DNA of 64,000 nucleotides from an uncultured Acidimicrobiia bacterium (GTDB taxonomy: Bacteria; Actinomycetota; Acidimicrobiia; IMCC26256; JAENVU01). The notes under the pieces are model-generated. The model ran no database searches, was not told the DNA's origin, and saw nothing but the letters and a program-made list of their open reading frames with translations. Position numbers and translations under genes: made by a program. Below are positions 1 to 8,780 of this stretch, piece after piece. Position 1 is the stretch's first letter; each line of letters starts with the position of its first letter. The stretch spans positions 309,135 through 373,134 of the forward strand of contig CAWDDH010000003.1 in NCBI GenBank assembly GCA_963801105.1. Direction: 5' to 3'.

Positions 1-212
1 AGCTGATCGGCGTTCCCGTCGAACCCGATCCCCGCAACCGGGTCGGTGACGGTCGCGACGGTTCGTCGGCCCGGATAGCGGTATGAGCGGGGTGCGGATC
101 GCCGAGGAGGTGCTGGTCCGGGTGGCCCCGGTCGCGGCCATGCCCCGAACCTCAGGGGTGCCGGGCGGATGCGGGTCACCGGCGGGTCCGGCGAGCCGGC
201 AACGACCGTCCC

Positions 213-713
213 TCAGCGAGGCGTGAGCCGGAAGACGGCCAGACGGCGGTCGGTCATCTCCCGGTAGATCGAGTAGCCCACGTACATGGCGTCGAGGCGG
301 GGCCACAGCGGACCGGCCTCCTCCGCGTCGAGCTCGACGGCCCGGACCTGCTGACGACGGGCCCGGAGGCGGACCTCGGCGTCGGGGTCCGCACGCAGGT
401 TGAGCACCCAGGCCGGGTCGGCGTCGCGGCCGGCGTTGGAGGCGACCACGACGAGGGCGTCGCCGTCGGTGAGGTAGACCAGGGGCGTGGCGCGCCGCTT
501 GCCCGAGCGCCGCCCGGTCGTCGTGAGCACCAGCACGGGCCGCTCGCCGGTCTCGTCGCTGAGCTTGTTGCCGATCCGGCCACCGCTGAGCCGGTACACC
601 CGCGAGTGCATCCGCATGCTGATGCGGCGGAACGGTCCCCGGTCCATCGATACGACCTTCTCGACCCGCTTGCGGGCGACCGCCATGGCGACCTCGTCGC
701 GAACGGCGCTCAT
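213..713 (-). CDS. deazaflavin (F420)-dependent nitroreductase family protein (DDN-like)
   Basis: Last 166 codons of track ORF 213..1886(-), starting at the internal ATG at 713. Sequence ...TTTGRRSGKRRATPLVYL..VVVASNAGRDADPAWVLNL... fits the DDN family pattern. The upstream part of the 557-aa ORF is Arg/Pro-rich shadow. A 4-nt ATGA overlap with the upstream gene suggests an operon. Confidence 0.8.
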   Translation of the reverse strand: MSAVRDEVAMAVARKRVEKVVSMDRGPFRRISMRMHSRVYRLSGGRIGNKLSDETGERPVLVLTTTGRRSGKRRATPLVYLTDGDALVVVASNAGRDADPAWVLNLRADPDAEVRLRARRQQVRAVELDAEEAGPLWPRLDAMYVGYSIYREMTDRRLAVFRLTPR

Positions 714-1381
714 CGGAAGCTCCCTTCGGGTAGGACGACGGTTGCGGTCCGCAACGCGGCGGCGAAGGCGTCCCCACGCAGTCCGCCCGCTCGCGTCAGG
801 ATCCCCTCGACCACCTCGTCCGGGGCCACCGAACGGATCCGCGCCATGGCCTCGACCAGCTCCGGGAACGAGAGGGCCTGCATCATCAGCTCCTGCGTGG
901 CCGCCATCACGGGCGGCGGGATCGCCGCCATCAGCCGGGCCCGGACCTCGGCCAGCTCGTCGTCGTCGAGATGGGACCAGATGGCAGGCATGACGGCGGT
1001 CTCCTCGCTCAGGATGTGGCCGAGATAGCGACCCACGAAAGCGCTTAGCGCCCGGTAGAGGTCGAGGCCCCCGTCCTCGTCGGGATCGGCGAGCACGGAC
1101 CGGAAGCTGCGCGCCAGGGCGTCGAGCTCGTGCTCGAGCGCGTCGTGCTCGGCGACGAACTCCCGGGTGGAGCCCGGCTCGTGGGCCTCGAGGACGGGGT
1201 AGAGGATCTCGTCCTCGTGTCGGGCGTGGTCGCGGAGGAGCCCGAGCACCTGCGCCCACGCCGCGCCCGTCGCCGCCACCTCGGCCGGGTCCGACCAGTC
1301 GGTGGACCCGGTCCGGGTGGTCGCGGCGAACAGCCCGACGCGCAACGCCTTGTGGATTCCGGTGAAGAAGTCGTCTCGCAT
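710..1381 (-). CDS. hemerythrin (HHE cation-binding) domain protein
   Basis: Track ORF 710..1441(-). The likely start is the internal ATG at 1381 (MRDDFFTGIHKALR). His/Glu-rich helices (HARHEDEILYPVLE, EHDALEHELD, HILSEE) are typical of hemerythrin-like domains. Confidence 0.7.
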   Translation of the reverse strand: MRDDFFTGIHKALRVGLFAATTRTGSTDWSDPAEVAATGAAWAQVLGLLRDHARHEDEILYPVLEAHEPGSTREFVAEHDALEHELDALARSFRSVLADPDEDGGLDLYRALSAFVGRYLGHILSEETAVMPAIWSHLDDDELAEVRARLMAAIPPPVMAATQELMMQALSFPELVEAMARIRSVAPDEVVEGILTRAGGLRGDAFAAALRTATVVLPEGSFR

Positions 1382-1479
1382 GGCCCCAGTATCCGGACCG
1401 GGACCGGGGAGCGGTATCCCAGATGTCTGGGGGTCGTCCACCGACCGCGGCGGGGTGACCGGGGTACCGTTCCTCCCGA

Positions 1480-2610
1480 ATGAGCGGCACCACGGTGATG
1501 GAGGAACGGGCGGCGCGACTGGCCCGGCGTCTCCGGCTCACGGCCGAGGGGGCCGACGACTTCACCGAGCTCCGGGTGGGACTCCAACGCGTGCTCCAGG
1601 AGGTCGTCGGGTTCGATGCCGGCGCGTTCGGGACGGTCGATCCGGCGACGGTCGTGCACACGAGCTGCGTGCTGACCGGGTTCGACGCCGATCCGGCGCG
1701 AGAGCGGATGCTCTTCGAAGCCGAGTACCTCGTGGACGACGTCAACAAGTACGCCGCGCTGGCCCGGGCCGAGGCCCCGGCGGCGGCGTTGCACGGGACA
1801 ACCGATGGCGACCGCTCGCGCAGCTCGCGGTTCGCCATGCTCGCGTCGGTCGGGATCGCCGACGAGCTGCGGGTGATGTTCCGCACCCAGGGCGCGCCGT
1901 GGGGAAGCCTGAGTGCCTACCGGCTCGGCGGTGAGCCCTTCACGGCTGACGACGTCGCGCTGGCGGCCACCAGCTCAGCGCTGGTCGCCGAACTCGTGCG
2001 CGACCACCTCGTGCGCAGCGCGGCGTCGACTCCCGGCTCGCTGGCCGATCCGCCGGGCGTCGTCGTCGTCGGCCCCGCCGGGTCGGTCGAAGCCATGACC
2101 GGTGAGGCGCCGCGCTGGCTCGACGCTATGACGGAGGCCGACCGGCTGCCGGCGGTGGTGCGATCATTGGTCGCCGCCTCGCGGACGGGTCGATCGAGCT
2201 CGGCGCGCGTCCCGCTCGGCGACGGCTCGTGGCTCGCGCTCCACGCGTCGCGTCTCAAGCAGGAGGGCGGCGCGGCCGACGGCTCGGTCGCCGTCGTCAT
2301 CGAGCGCCCACGGCCCGCTGAGCTCAGCGAAGTCATCGTTGCCGCGTACGGGCTCACCGCGCGCGAGCGTGACATCACCGCCGCGGTGGCCCGAGGGCTC
2401 ACGACGGTGCAGATCGCCGGAGAGCTCGGCATCTCGGGCTACACGGTGCAGGACCACCTGAAGGCGATCTTCGCCAAGGTCGGCGTGCAGACCCGGGGCG
2501 AGCTGAACGCGACGCTGCACTTCACCCACTATGAGCCCCGCGTCGAAGCCGCCCAGCTTCCGGGCCCCTACGGCTGGTTCCTCGATCACACCGAGCCGAC
2601 GCCCGCCTGA
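1480..2610 (+). CDS. LuxR/GerE-family transcriptional regulator with N-terminal sensor (GAF-like) region
   Basis: 376-aa ORF. The C-terminus LTARERDITAAVARGLTTVQIAGELGISGYTVQDHLKAIFAKVGV is a canonical LuxR-type HTH. Confidence 0.8.
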   Translation: MSGTTVMEERAARLARRLRLTAEGADDFTELRVGLQRVLQEVVGFDAGAFGTVDPATVVHTSCVLTGFDADPARERMLFEAEYLVDDVNKYAALARAEAPAAALHGTTDGDRSRSSRFAMLASVGIADELRVMFRTQGAPWGSLSAYRLGGEPFTADDVALAATSSALVAELVRDHLVRSAASTPGSLADPPGVVVVGPAGSVEAMTGEAPRWLDAMTEADRLPAVVRSLVAASRTGRSSSARVPLGDGSWLALHASRLKQEGGAADGSVAVVIERPRPAELSEVIVAAYGLTARERDITAAVARGLTTVQIAGELGISGYTVQDHLKAIFAKVGVQTRGELNATLHFTHYEPRVEAAQLPGPYGWFLDHTEPTPA

Positions 2611-2733
2611 CTCACGAAGGGGTGCTCGCAGCCGCGCGTCGAGTTCGGCATCGTCGCGCACGGCGTCGGTCCCGGAGTCGACGACCGTGAAGGTGGCGTC
2701 GTCTTCCTCGACAGGAACGCCACGACCACGAGC

Positions 2734-2760
2734 AAGGCCCAGGTCGCCGACCTGGGCCTT
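2734..2760 (-). terminator. GC-rich hairpin 11 nt downstream of the distal tRNA-3' copy (probable original tRNA terminator / chromosomal flank)
   Basis: AAGGCCCAGGTC-GCC-GACCTGGGCCTT is a perfect 12-bp stem. It occupies the same position relative to the tRNA 3' end as the hairpins at 7238..7257 and 20571..20596. Confidence 0.4.
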
Positions 2761-2771
2761 CACTCATCAGA

Positions 2772-2818
<47 letters not shown>

Positions 2819-2885
2819 TTCGGATCACCAGTTCAGCCCGTCCCGCTTCGTACCGGATCGTGCCCTTGAGCTGGGGTTTCGCGGG

Positions 2886-3320
2886 TCAGCGTCGTCCGAT
2901 TGTCCTGTCCCGTGCAGCCCTGTACCGGCCCGCACAGTAGAAGGAACAGTAGAAGCGTTGGCCCCGCTGTTGGCGCCTTGCGACCTCGAGAGTGTCGTCG
3001 GTCAACCGACGGATCTCGTGCAGAGCAGCACAGACGAGATCGACGAAGTTGGAAAGATCGTCGGGCTCGACGTCCCAAACGAACCCACGCTGTTGGTGCC
3101 GGGCCCGAGGGCGAGTCCGGGAACCTCCGGCGCTTCGAGCTGAGCCTGCTCGACCTTCGCTCTCCTCGCCTCCGATGAACGACGGCCGCTGGTCGAGCCC
3201 GGGGAGCGAGCCCAGGGGGTAGCTTTCGTAGCCCAGTTCAGCCAACACTCCTCCGAGCATCCCGATGTAGGCGAACGGGCCAGCCGAGAGACCAGCCCAT
3301 CGGTCCCCGCCGCCGCTCAC
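2886..3320 (-). CDS. hypothetical protein (doubtful)
   Basis: 144-codon ORF with a GTG start, divergent from the cyclase gene. Third-position GC is moderate. Its 3' end runs through the CAGTAGAAG repeats (FYCSFYC), and that part is not conserved as coding in the island Y copy. No family was recognised. Confidence 0.25.
   Translation of the reverse strand: MSGGGDRWAGLSAGPFAYIGMLGGVLAELGYESYPLGSLPGLDQRPSFIGGEESEGRAGSARSAGGSRTRPRARHQQRGFVWDVEPDDLSNFVDLVCAALHEIRRLTDDTLEVARRQQRGQRFYCSFYCAGRYRAARDRTIGRR
2935..2955. promoter_or_regulatory. paired direct 9-mers CAGTAGAAG (12-nt spacing), candidate arm-type recombinase binding sites
   Basis: CAGTAGAAG at 2935..2943 and 2947..2955. The same pair lies at the same offset (163 nt) from the tRNA-3' copy at 8761..8780, and a third pair lies at 20525..20544. 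Confidence 0.45.
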
Positions 3321-3377
3321 GTACGATCAGGGTGGGCTGTCGCCCTCGGGAGCGGCCCGGGCCGAGAGGGACGGACG

Positions 3378-6300
3378 ATGGTTGAGGCGCAGGTCGGCAC
3401 ACGATCGGTTCTGTTCACCGATCTGGTGGGCTCGACCGAGTTGCGCGTCCAGCTGGGCGAAGAGGCCGCCGACAACCTGCGCCGTGCGCACGATGCGCTC
3501 CTCGCCGAGGCGGTGACCGCCCACGGGGGTACGGTTGTCAAGGGCCTCGGCGACGGGATCATGGCCAGCTTCGACTCGGCTGCCGACGGGGTGGCCGCGG
3601 CCGTGGCGGCCCAGCAGGCCGTCGCCGCCCACAGCCGCCGCCACCCGGACCAGGCCTTCTCGGTTCGAGTCGGGCTGTCGATCGGCGACGTGTCGACCGA
3701 GGCCGGCGACGTGTTCGGCGTCCCTGTCGTGGAAGCGTCGCGGTTGTGCGCGTCGGCCACCGGAGGCGAGATCCTCGCCGCCGACCTGGTGCGGGCGCTC
3801 GCCCGCGGCCGGGGCGGGTTCACCTTCGAGCCGATGGGCGACATCGACTTCAAGGGCCTCGCCGAGCCCGTCCCCGCGTGCCGAGTGCTCTGGCAGCCGC
3901 TCTTCGACCTCGATGGTGACCGGCGCGAGCGAGTGCCGATCTCCGCCGCGCTCATCGGTGCCACGACGGCCTACGTCGGCCGCGAGATCCTGCGCGAGGA
4001 GCTGAACCGCGAGTGGGACGACGTCCAGGGCGGCACCTGCCGCACCGTGCTGCTGGCCGGGGAGCCCGGTGTGGGCAAGACGCACACGGCCGCCGAGCTG
4101 GCCCACACGGCCTTCAGCGACGGCGCCGTCGTGCTGTTCGGCCGCTGCGACGAGGGCCTCGGCGCGCCGTACCAGCCGTTCGTGGAGGCGCTCGAGCACT
4201 ACGTGACCCACTGCGAGAGCCCCGTCCTGGGACGACTCGCCGGCGAGCTGCGCCGCATGGTCCCCGATCTCGGACCCACTGTCGCGGCCACCGACCAGCC
4301 CGTGGCCTCGGACCCAGCATCGGAAGAGCACCGCCTGTTCGAGGCGTGCACGTCGTGGCTCGTGGAGATGTCCCGGGACGAGCACGGGTGCGTCCTCGTC
4401 CTCGATGACCTGCACTGGGCCACGAAGCCCACGCTGCAGCTGCTGCAGCACGTCGTGCGCGGCGTCACCGAGCAAGGAGCACCGCTCCTCGTGCTCGCCA
4501 CCTACCGCGACACCGACATCGATCGCGCGCATCCGCTGGCGGCCGCCATCGGCGACCTCCGCCGGTTGACCGGTGTCACCCGCGTCGCGGTCGACAACCT
4601 CAGCGCCGCGGAGGTCGTCGACTTCATCGCCGCCGCGGCCGGCCACGACCTCGACGAGCCGACCCGCCGGCTGGCCGACGCCGTCTACGCGGAGACCGAG
4701 GGGAACCCGTTCTTCGTGGGCGAGGTGCTCCGCCACCTGGTGGAGACCGGTGGTGTCCGGCGGGAGGGCGAGCGGTGGTCGGTCACCGACCCCGACGCCG
4801 TGACCGTGCCCGAGGGTGTGCGCGACGTCGTCGGCCGCCGCCTCGACCGCCTGTCGTCGACCGCCAACGACCTGCTGTCGATCGCCGCCGTGCTCGGCCG
4901 GGACTTCGACATCGAGGTGCTCACCGCGTTGGTCGATGCGAGCGACGCCGCCGCCCTCGACGCCCTGGACCAAGCAGTCAGGGCCCGGCTCATCGAGGAG
5001 ACGGGCATCGATCGCTTCCGGTTCGCCCACGCGCTCGTGCGCACCACGCTCTACGAGGAGCTCTCCGCCACGAGACGCCGGCGCCTCCACCGCGGCGTGG
5101 CCGACGCGCTCGAGAAGCTGCGGCCCCACGACGTCCGGGCCCTCGCGCACCACTGCATCGAAGCCGGGCCCGACGGCACCGACTTCTCGCGGGCCTTGCG
5201 CTACTCCCTCGCGGCAGCCGAGGAGGCCCTGGGCGCACGGGCCTTCGCGGAAGCGAGCGCCCGCTTCCGCACCGCGCTCGAGCTCCTCGACGACGCCGAC
5301 CAAGCGGGCAGCGCGCCCTGGGTCGCGGCGATGAGCGGCCTGGGCGAGGCGCTCCGCGACGAAGGCGACGGCAGCTTCAGAGAGGTGCTCCTGGCCGCCT
5401 CCCGCCGCGCCCTCGAGCTGGGCAACGTCGATCTCGTGGTGCGGGCGGTGCTCGCCAACACCCGCGGCTTGGCGGCAGTCGTCAGCTCCGTCGACCGCGG
5501 ACAGGTGGATCTGATCGAGGAAGCACTCGCCCTCGTCGGTGACGCGCCGAGCCCGGCCCGGGCCCGGCTGCTCGGGCAGCTCGCCTCCGAGCTCACGTTC
5601 TCGGGCCAGCACGATCGACGGGTCGCCCTGGCCGACGATGCGGTAGGCATGGCTCGGGCGCTCGACGACGAGCGCCTGCTGTGCGAGGTCATCGTCAACA
5701 CCGGCTACGCGGCGATCACCGGAAGTCGATTGCGGCAGCTCACCGATCGCACCGCTGAAGGCGTGCGGCTCGCCGACCGAACCGGCGACCCAGCTCTGCG
5801 GGTGATCTCGCGCCTCTTCGACAGCGGCGCACTCGTCGCCACCGGGCAGATCGGAGAGTCGAACCGCGTCGCCCGTCAGGCCGTTGCCATCGCGGACACG
5901 GAGGGTTCCCCCTTGCTCCGGTGGATAACCAGCGTCACCGCCATCCGTCTCGAGCTGCTGCGCGGCGACCCCCGACGAGCACCCGAATTGAACGATCAGC
6001 TCATCACCACAGGGGCGGAGCTGGGCCAACCCGACGGCGCCCAGTGGTGGGCAGCGGGCGCAGCCGGCATGGCGTGGCTCACGGGCGAAGCGGGTGCACT
6101 AGCCGACGCGGCCGGCGAAATGGTCGAGCAGTACCCGGGCGCTCCGGCGTGGCGCTGCTCGCACGCGTGGCTGCTCTGCGAGGCTGGGCGCCTCGCCGAG
6201 ACGCGCGAGGTTCTGCGCACGAACCTCCTGACACCCGCCGCCGCCGTCGCCGAACCCTATCCCCTCGTGATGTCCTTCCAGCTCGCGACTGTGGCGGCCG

Positions 6301-6668
6301 GACTGGGCGACGCTGCCCTCGGCGAGCAGACCATCGAGACGCTCGACGAGCACCGCGGATTGTGGGCCCACTACTTCTTCATCGTGCTCGGCCCGATCGA
6401 GTGGGCGCTCGGCCTCGCCGCCACCGCGACCGGCGCGCTCGACCAAGCCGTCGCCGACCTCGACACTGCGCTGTCACTCCTGCTCGAACAGGGCGTCCTG
6501 TTCAACGTGCCCCGACTCCAGATCGACCTGGTCCGCGCCCTCGAGCGTCGCGGCGCGCCAGGCGACGCTAAGCGCCGCGACGAGCTCCTCCAGGACGCAC
6601 GGACGCGGGCGCAGGGCCTCGGTGCCACCGCGCTGGTGGCCCGCATCGACGCGCAGCTCGCCGGCTGA
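3378..6668 (+). CDS. class III adenylate/guanylate cyclase domain - STAND/AAA NTPase - TPR-like repeat protein
   Basis: 1096 aa.
- Cyclase: N-terminal metal-binding Asp motifs VLFTDLVGSTEL and KGLGDGIMASF, then GDVFGVPVVEASRL.
- NTPase: Walker A GEPGVGKT and Walker B VLVLDDLHWA.
- C-terminus: a long helical repeat region.
- No C-terminal LuxR HTH is present. Confidence 0.9.
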   Translation: MVEAQVGTRSVLFTDLVGSTELRVQLGEEAADNLRRAHDALLAEAVTAHGGTVVKGLGDGIMASFDSAADGVAAAVAAQQAVAAHSRRHPDQAFSVRVGLSIGDVSTEAGDVFGVPVVEASRLCASATGGEILAADLVRALARGRGGFTFEPMGDIDFKGLAEPVPACRVLWQPLFDLDGDRRERVPISAALIGATTAYVGREILREELNREWDDVQGGTCRTVLLAGEPGVGKTHTAAELAHTAFSDGAVVLFGRCDEGLGAPYQPFVEALEHYVTHCESPVLGRLAGELRRMVPDLGPTVAATDQPVASDPASEEHRLFEACTSWLVEMSRDEHGCVLVLDDLHWATKPTLQLLQHVVRGVTEQGAPLLVLATYRDTDIDRAHPLAAAIGDLRRLTGVTRVAVDNLSAAEVVDFIAAAAGHDLDEPTRRLADAVYAETEGNPFFVGEVLRHLVETGGVRREGERWSVTDPDAVTVPEGVRDVVGRRLDRLSSTANDLLSIAAVLGRDFDIEVLTALVDASDAAALDALDQAVRARLIEETGIDRFRFAHALVRTTLYEELSATRRRRLHRGVADALEKLRPHDVRALAHHCIEAGPDGTDFSRALRYSLAAAEEALGARAFAEASARFRTALELLDDADQAGSAPWVAAMSGLGEALRDEGDGSFREVLLAASRRALELGNVDLVVRAVLANTRGLAAVVSSVDRGQVDLIEEALALVGDAPSPARARLLGQLASELTFSGQHDRRVALADDAVGMARALDDERLLCEVIVNTGYAAITGSRLRQLTDRTAEGVRLADRTGDPALRVISRLFDSGALVATGQIGESNRVARQAVAIADTEGSPLLRWITSVTAIRLELLRGDPRRAPELNDQLITTGAELGQPDGAQWWAAGAAGMAWLTGEAGALADAAGEMVEQYPGAPAWRCSHAWLLCEAGRLAETREVLRTNLLTPAAAVAEPYPLVMSFQLATVAAGLGDAALGEQTIETLDEHRGLWAHYFFIVLGPIEWALGLAATATGALDQAVADLDTALSLLLEQGVLFNVPRLQIDLVRALERRGAPGDAKRRDELLQDARTRAQGLGATALVARIDAQLAG

Positions 6669-6691
6669 CGTTTGGCCGATCACCCCAAACG
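6669..6691 (+). terminator. hairpin immediately after the cyclase stop codon
   Basis: CGTTTGG-9 nt-CCAAACG, a 7-bp stem starting 1 nt after the TGA at 6666..6668. There is no U-tract. Confidence 0.35.
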
Positions 6692-6696
6692 CTCAC

Positions 6697-7182
6697 ATGC
6701 GGCCTGCCGGCTCACGCCGGGCGCGTCGCCGAACCGTCAGGATCGCGATCGGTGCCCTCCGCACCGACTGGAATCGACTGGCCGGGAAGGAAGCCGGGAC
6801 GCAGCGTGGCACGGCGTTCGACGGTCAGCGTTCGATCACGGACTTCCACGCGAACCTCACGGGCGGCCCTGGTGGCGACACGTGGCCGTACATCGATCAG
6901 CAGGCGTACTTCGTCGCGCCCCAGAGGGAGGAGTCGACCGTCCTCGGCGCGCTCAACAAGACGAGCAGAACAATCTACGACTACAACACCTACGCCCAGG
7001 GCCAAGTGACGAGCGCCACGAATCAACTCGGTCCGGCGAGGTGGGAACGGCACGAGGGTGACGTGTCGATCCCGACGGACAACTGGCACATCGACCGTAC
7101 GTTCGCGTTCGGTCTCGAGAACGGCACCGTGCCGGCTCACGCGTCGTGGCCACTTGTCGTGCACTTCGGGGTTCTTCGGTAG
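6697..7182 (+). pseudogene. YD/RHS-repeat protein fragment (probable remnant)
   Basis: 161-codon frame from the ATG at 6697. It contains a good YD-repeat match (RTIYDYNTYAQGQVTSATNQLG) but has no N-terminal RHS body, signal or toxin tip. Local GC is lower than the surroundings. It ends in the degenerate CGGTAGAAG motif. Confidence 0.35.
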
Positions 7183-7237
7183 AAGGGCGGCGACGCGATT
7201 TCGTCCCGAGGTTAGAAGTGAGACCGGACGGCAGTGA

Positions 7238-7257
7238 GCCCCTCCGACGGGAGGGGC
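7238..7257 (-). terminator. hairpin downstream of the middle tRNA-3' copy (island X proximal arm)
   Basis: GCCCCTCC-GACG-GGAGGGGC is followed by CCTGACCTGCGTAAA and then the tRNA 3' end. The spacer shares CCTGACCTGC with the spacer at 20595..20611. Confidence 0.4.
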
Positions 7258-7272
7258 CCTGACCTGCGTAAA

Positions 7273-7287
7273 TGGTGGCGGGGGTAG
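7273..7287. repeat. 15-bp target-site duplication of the IS481-family element (left copy, equal to the first 15 nt of the tRNA-3' att copy)
   Basis: TGGTGGCGGGGGTAG at 7273..7287 and again at 8598..8612, directly abutting both IS termini. Confidence 0.8.
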
Positions 7288-8597
7288 TGCTGTGCGTCAG
7301 GACATAGGAAACGGGTCTCTCAAGACATAGGAAACGGTCGGGTCGGCAGGCTCGGCGATGTCCAAGGCCCGGTTGATCATCACCGCGGTGGTCCTCGAGG
7401 GCCGCTCCCAGTCCACCGTCGCTCGCGAGTACGGCGTATCGAAGGGCTGGGTCAGCAAACTCGTTGCCCGCTACCGCGCCGAAGGCGACGCCGCGTTCGA
7501 ACCCAGATCGCGTCGCCCCAAGACCTCACCCACCGCGATCGACGCGGCGACCGTCGAACTGATCGTGGAGCTCCGCGAACAACTCGTCGCCGATGGTCTC
7601 GATGCCGGACCCGACACGATCCACTGGCACCTCGAACATCACCACCACACGATCGTGTCCGTCTCCACCATCGCCCGGACCCTCACCCGCGCCAACCTCG
7701 TCACTCCTGAACCGAGGAAGCGACCACGGTCGTCTTACATCCGGTTCGAAGCTGACCAACCAAACGAGTGTTGGCAGTCCGACTTCACGCACTACCGCCT
7801 CGCGGACGGGACCAACACCGAGATCCTCTCCTGGCTCGATGACCATTCGCGCTACGCGCTGCGGATCACCGCCCACCAGCCCGTGACCGGCCCGGTCGTT
7901 CTCCACGCGTTCCGCGCCGCGACCGCCGAGCACGGATATCCCGCATCAACATTGACTGACAACGGCATGGTCTACACCGCACGCTTCGCCGGCGGGCGAG
8001 GCGGACGCAACGCGTTCGAAGCCGAACTCGTCCGATTCGGCATCGTCCAAAAGAACAGCCGACCGAACCACCCCACCACCTGCGGAAAAATCGAACGATT
8101 CCAACAGACCCTCAAACGCTGGCTCGACCAACAACCCACCCCCGAGAACCTCGCCGAGCTCCAAGCACTCCTCGACACGTTCCGCACGATCTACAACCAG
8201 CAGCGACCCCACCGGTCACTCCCACATCGAGCGACCCCCGCGACCATCTACTCCGCCGCGACCGAAAGCCATCCCAACCGGCAACGACAACCCCCACTAC
8301 CGAGTCCGCCGCGACCGCGTCGATGACAGCGGCGTCGTCACCCTCCGCGTCGGTGGCCAGCTCCATCACATCGGCATCGGACGAACCCACGCCCGAACCC
8401 ACGTCATCCTCCTCGTCGACGACCTCCACGTCCGCGTCGTCGACGCCGCCACCGGAGAACTCCTCCGCACGCTCACCATCGACCCCACCCGCGACTACCA
8501 ACCCACCGGCGCACCCAAAGGCCCCACCCGACCCAAAAAGAAACGCCCCGAACCCAGTTGAGGGTTCGAAGCGTTTCCCATCTCCTGAGAGATGACA
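7288..8597 (+). mobile_element. IS481-family insertion sequence (1310 bp)
   Basis: The 26-nt imperfect terminal inverted repeats are TGCTGTGCGTCAGGACATAGGAAACG (left) and TGTCATCTCTCAGGAGATGGGAAACG (reverse complement of the right end). It has a single DDE transposase gene and is flanked by a 15-bp direct repeat. Confidence 0.9.
7358..8561 (+). pseudogene. IS481-family DDE transposase, interrupted by a +1 frameshift near 8254..8260
   Basis: - Frame of 7358: HTH plus integrase-core motifs (CWQSDFT, LTDNG, KIERFQQTLK, YNQQRPHRSL).
- From about 8250 the family C-terminus continues in the next frame (RPKAIPTGNDNPHYRVRRDRVDDSGVVTLRVGGQLHHIGIGR...PKKKRPEPS, stop at 8559..8561).
- The sequence tccgccGcgaccg looks like a 1-nt insertion. 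Confidence 0.85.
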
Positions 8598-8642
<45 letters not shown>

Positions 8643-8760
8643 ATTCACGATCGAGATCTCAGCCCGTACCAACCAGTACCAGATAGTGCCCTTGAGCTGG
8701 TGTTTCTTCGGTCACTCTACACCGGCCGTCCCAGCGCGTACCCCCTCGTACCGAGCCGCA

Positions 8761-8780
8761 CAGTAGAAGGAACAGTAGAG
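8761..8780. promoter_or_regulatory. paired direct repeats CAGTAGAAG / CAGTAGAG, candidate arm-type sites
   Basis: Same sequence and same 163-nt offset from the att core as 2935..2955. They are embedded in the perfectly conserved block CCGCACAGTAGAAGGAACAGTAGA. Confidence 0.45.

Larger units (their letters stand above)
2819..7272. mobile_element. Island X: putative decayed integrative element / CIME-like segment bounded by tRNA-3' repeats
   Basis: Bounded by the att-like copies at 2772..2818 and 7273..7287/8598..8642. It carries its own arm (2819..2955) and hairpin (7238..7257). No recombinase gene was recognised inside. Confidence 0.55.

Noticed and set aside
83-226. A 47-codon high-GC3 ORF (MSGVRIAEEVLVRV...) ATGA-coupled to a partial ORF ending at 86, at the left window edge.
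   Set aside because: It is below any reliable size, has no family, and overlaps the convergent DDN gene end. It cannot be supported without the upstream context.
213-1886. Very long ORFs in the track: 213..1886(-), 3327..6029(-), 15957..18266(+), 23531..25957(+), 33568..36852(+), 39246..41615(+), 48931..51825(+), 49925..52228(-), 52883..55363(+) and similar.
   Set aside because: They are Arg/Pro/Gly/Ala-rich with no family motifs. They lie antisense to or out of frame with genes that have clear motifs, which is the typical stop-codon-poor shadow frame of ~70% GC DNA. Only sub-segments (for example 213..713) were kept.
2164-2763. ORF 2164..2763(-), whose start lies in the hairpin next to the distal att copy.
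   Set aside because: It overlaps the well-supported LuxR gene by about 450 nt on the opposite strand and has no recognisable family. Only the 2611..2733 part is free, which is too little to call.
7358-8561. Programmed ribosomal frameshift in the IS transposase.
   Set aside because: IS481-family transposases are normally single-ORF. The shift is +1 at a GC-rich site with no slippery A/T heptamer. It is better explained as an indel (pseudogene or sequencing error).
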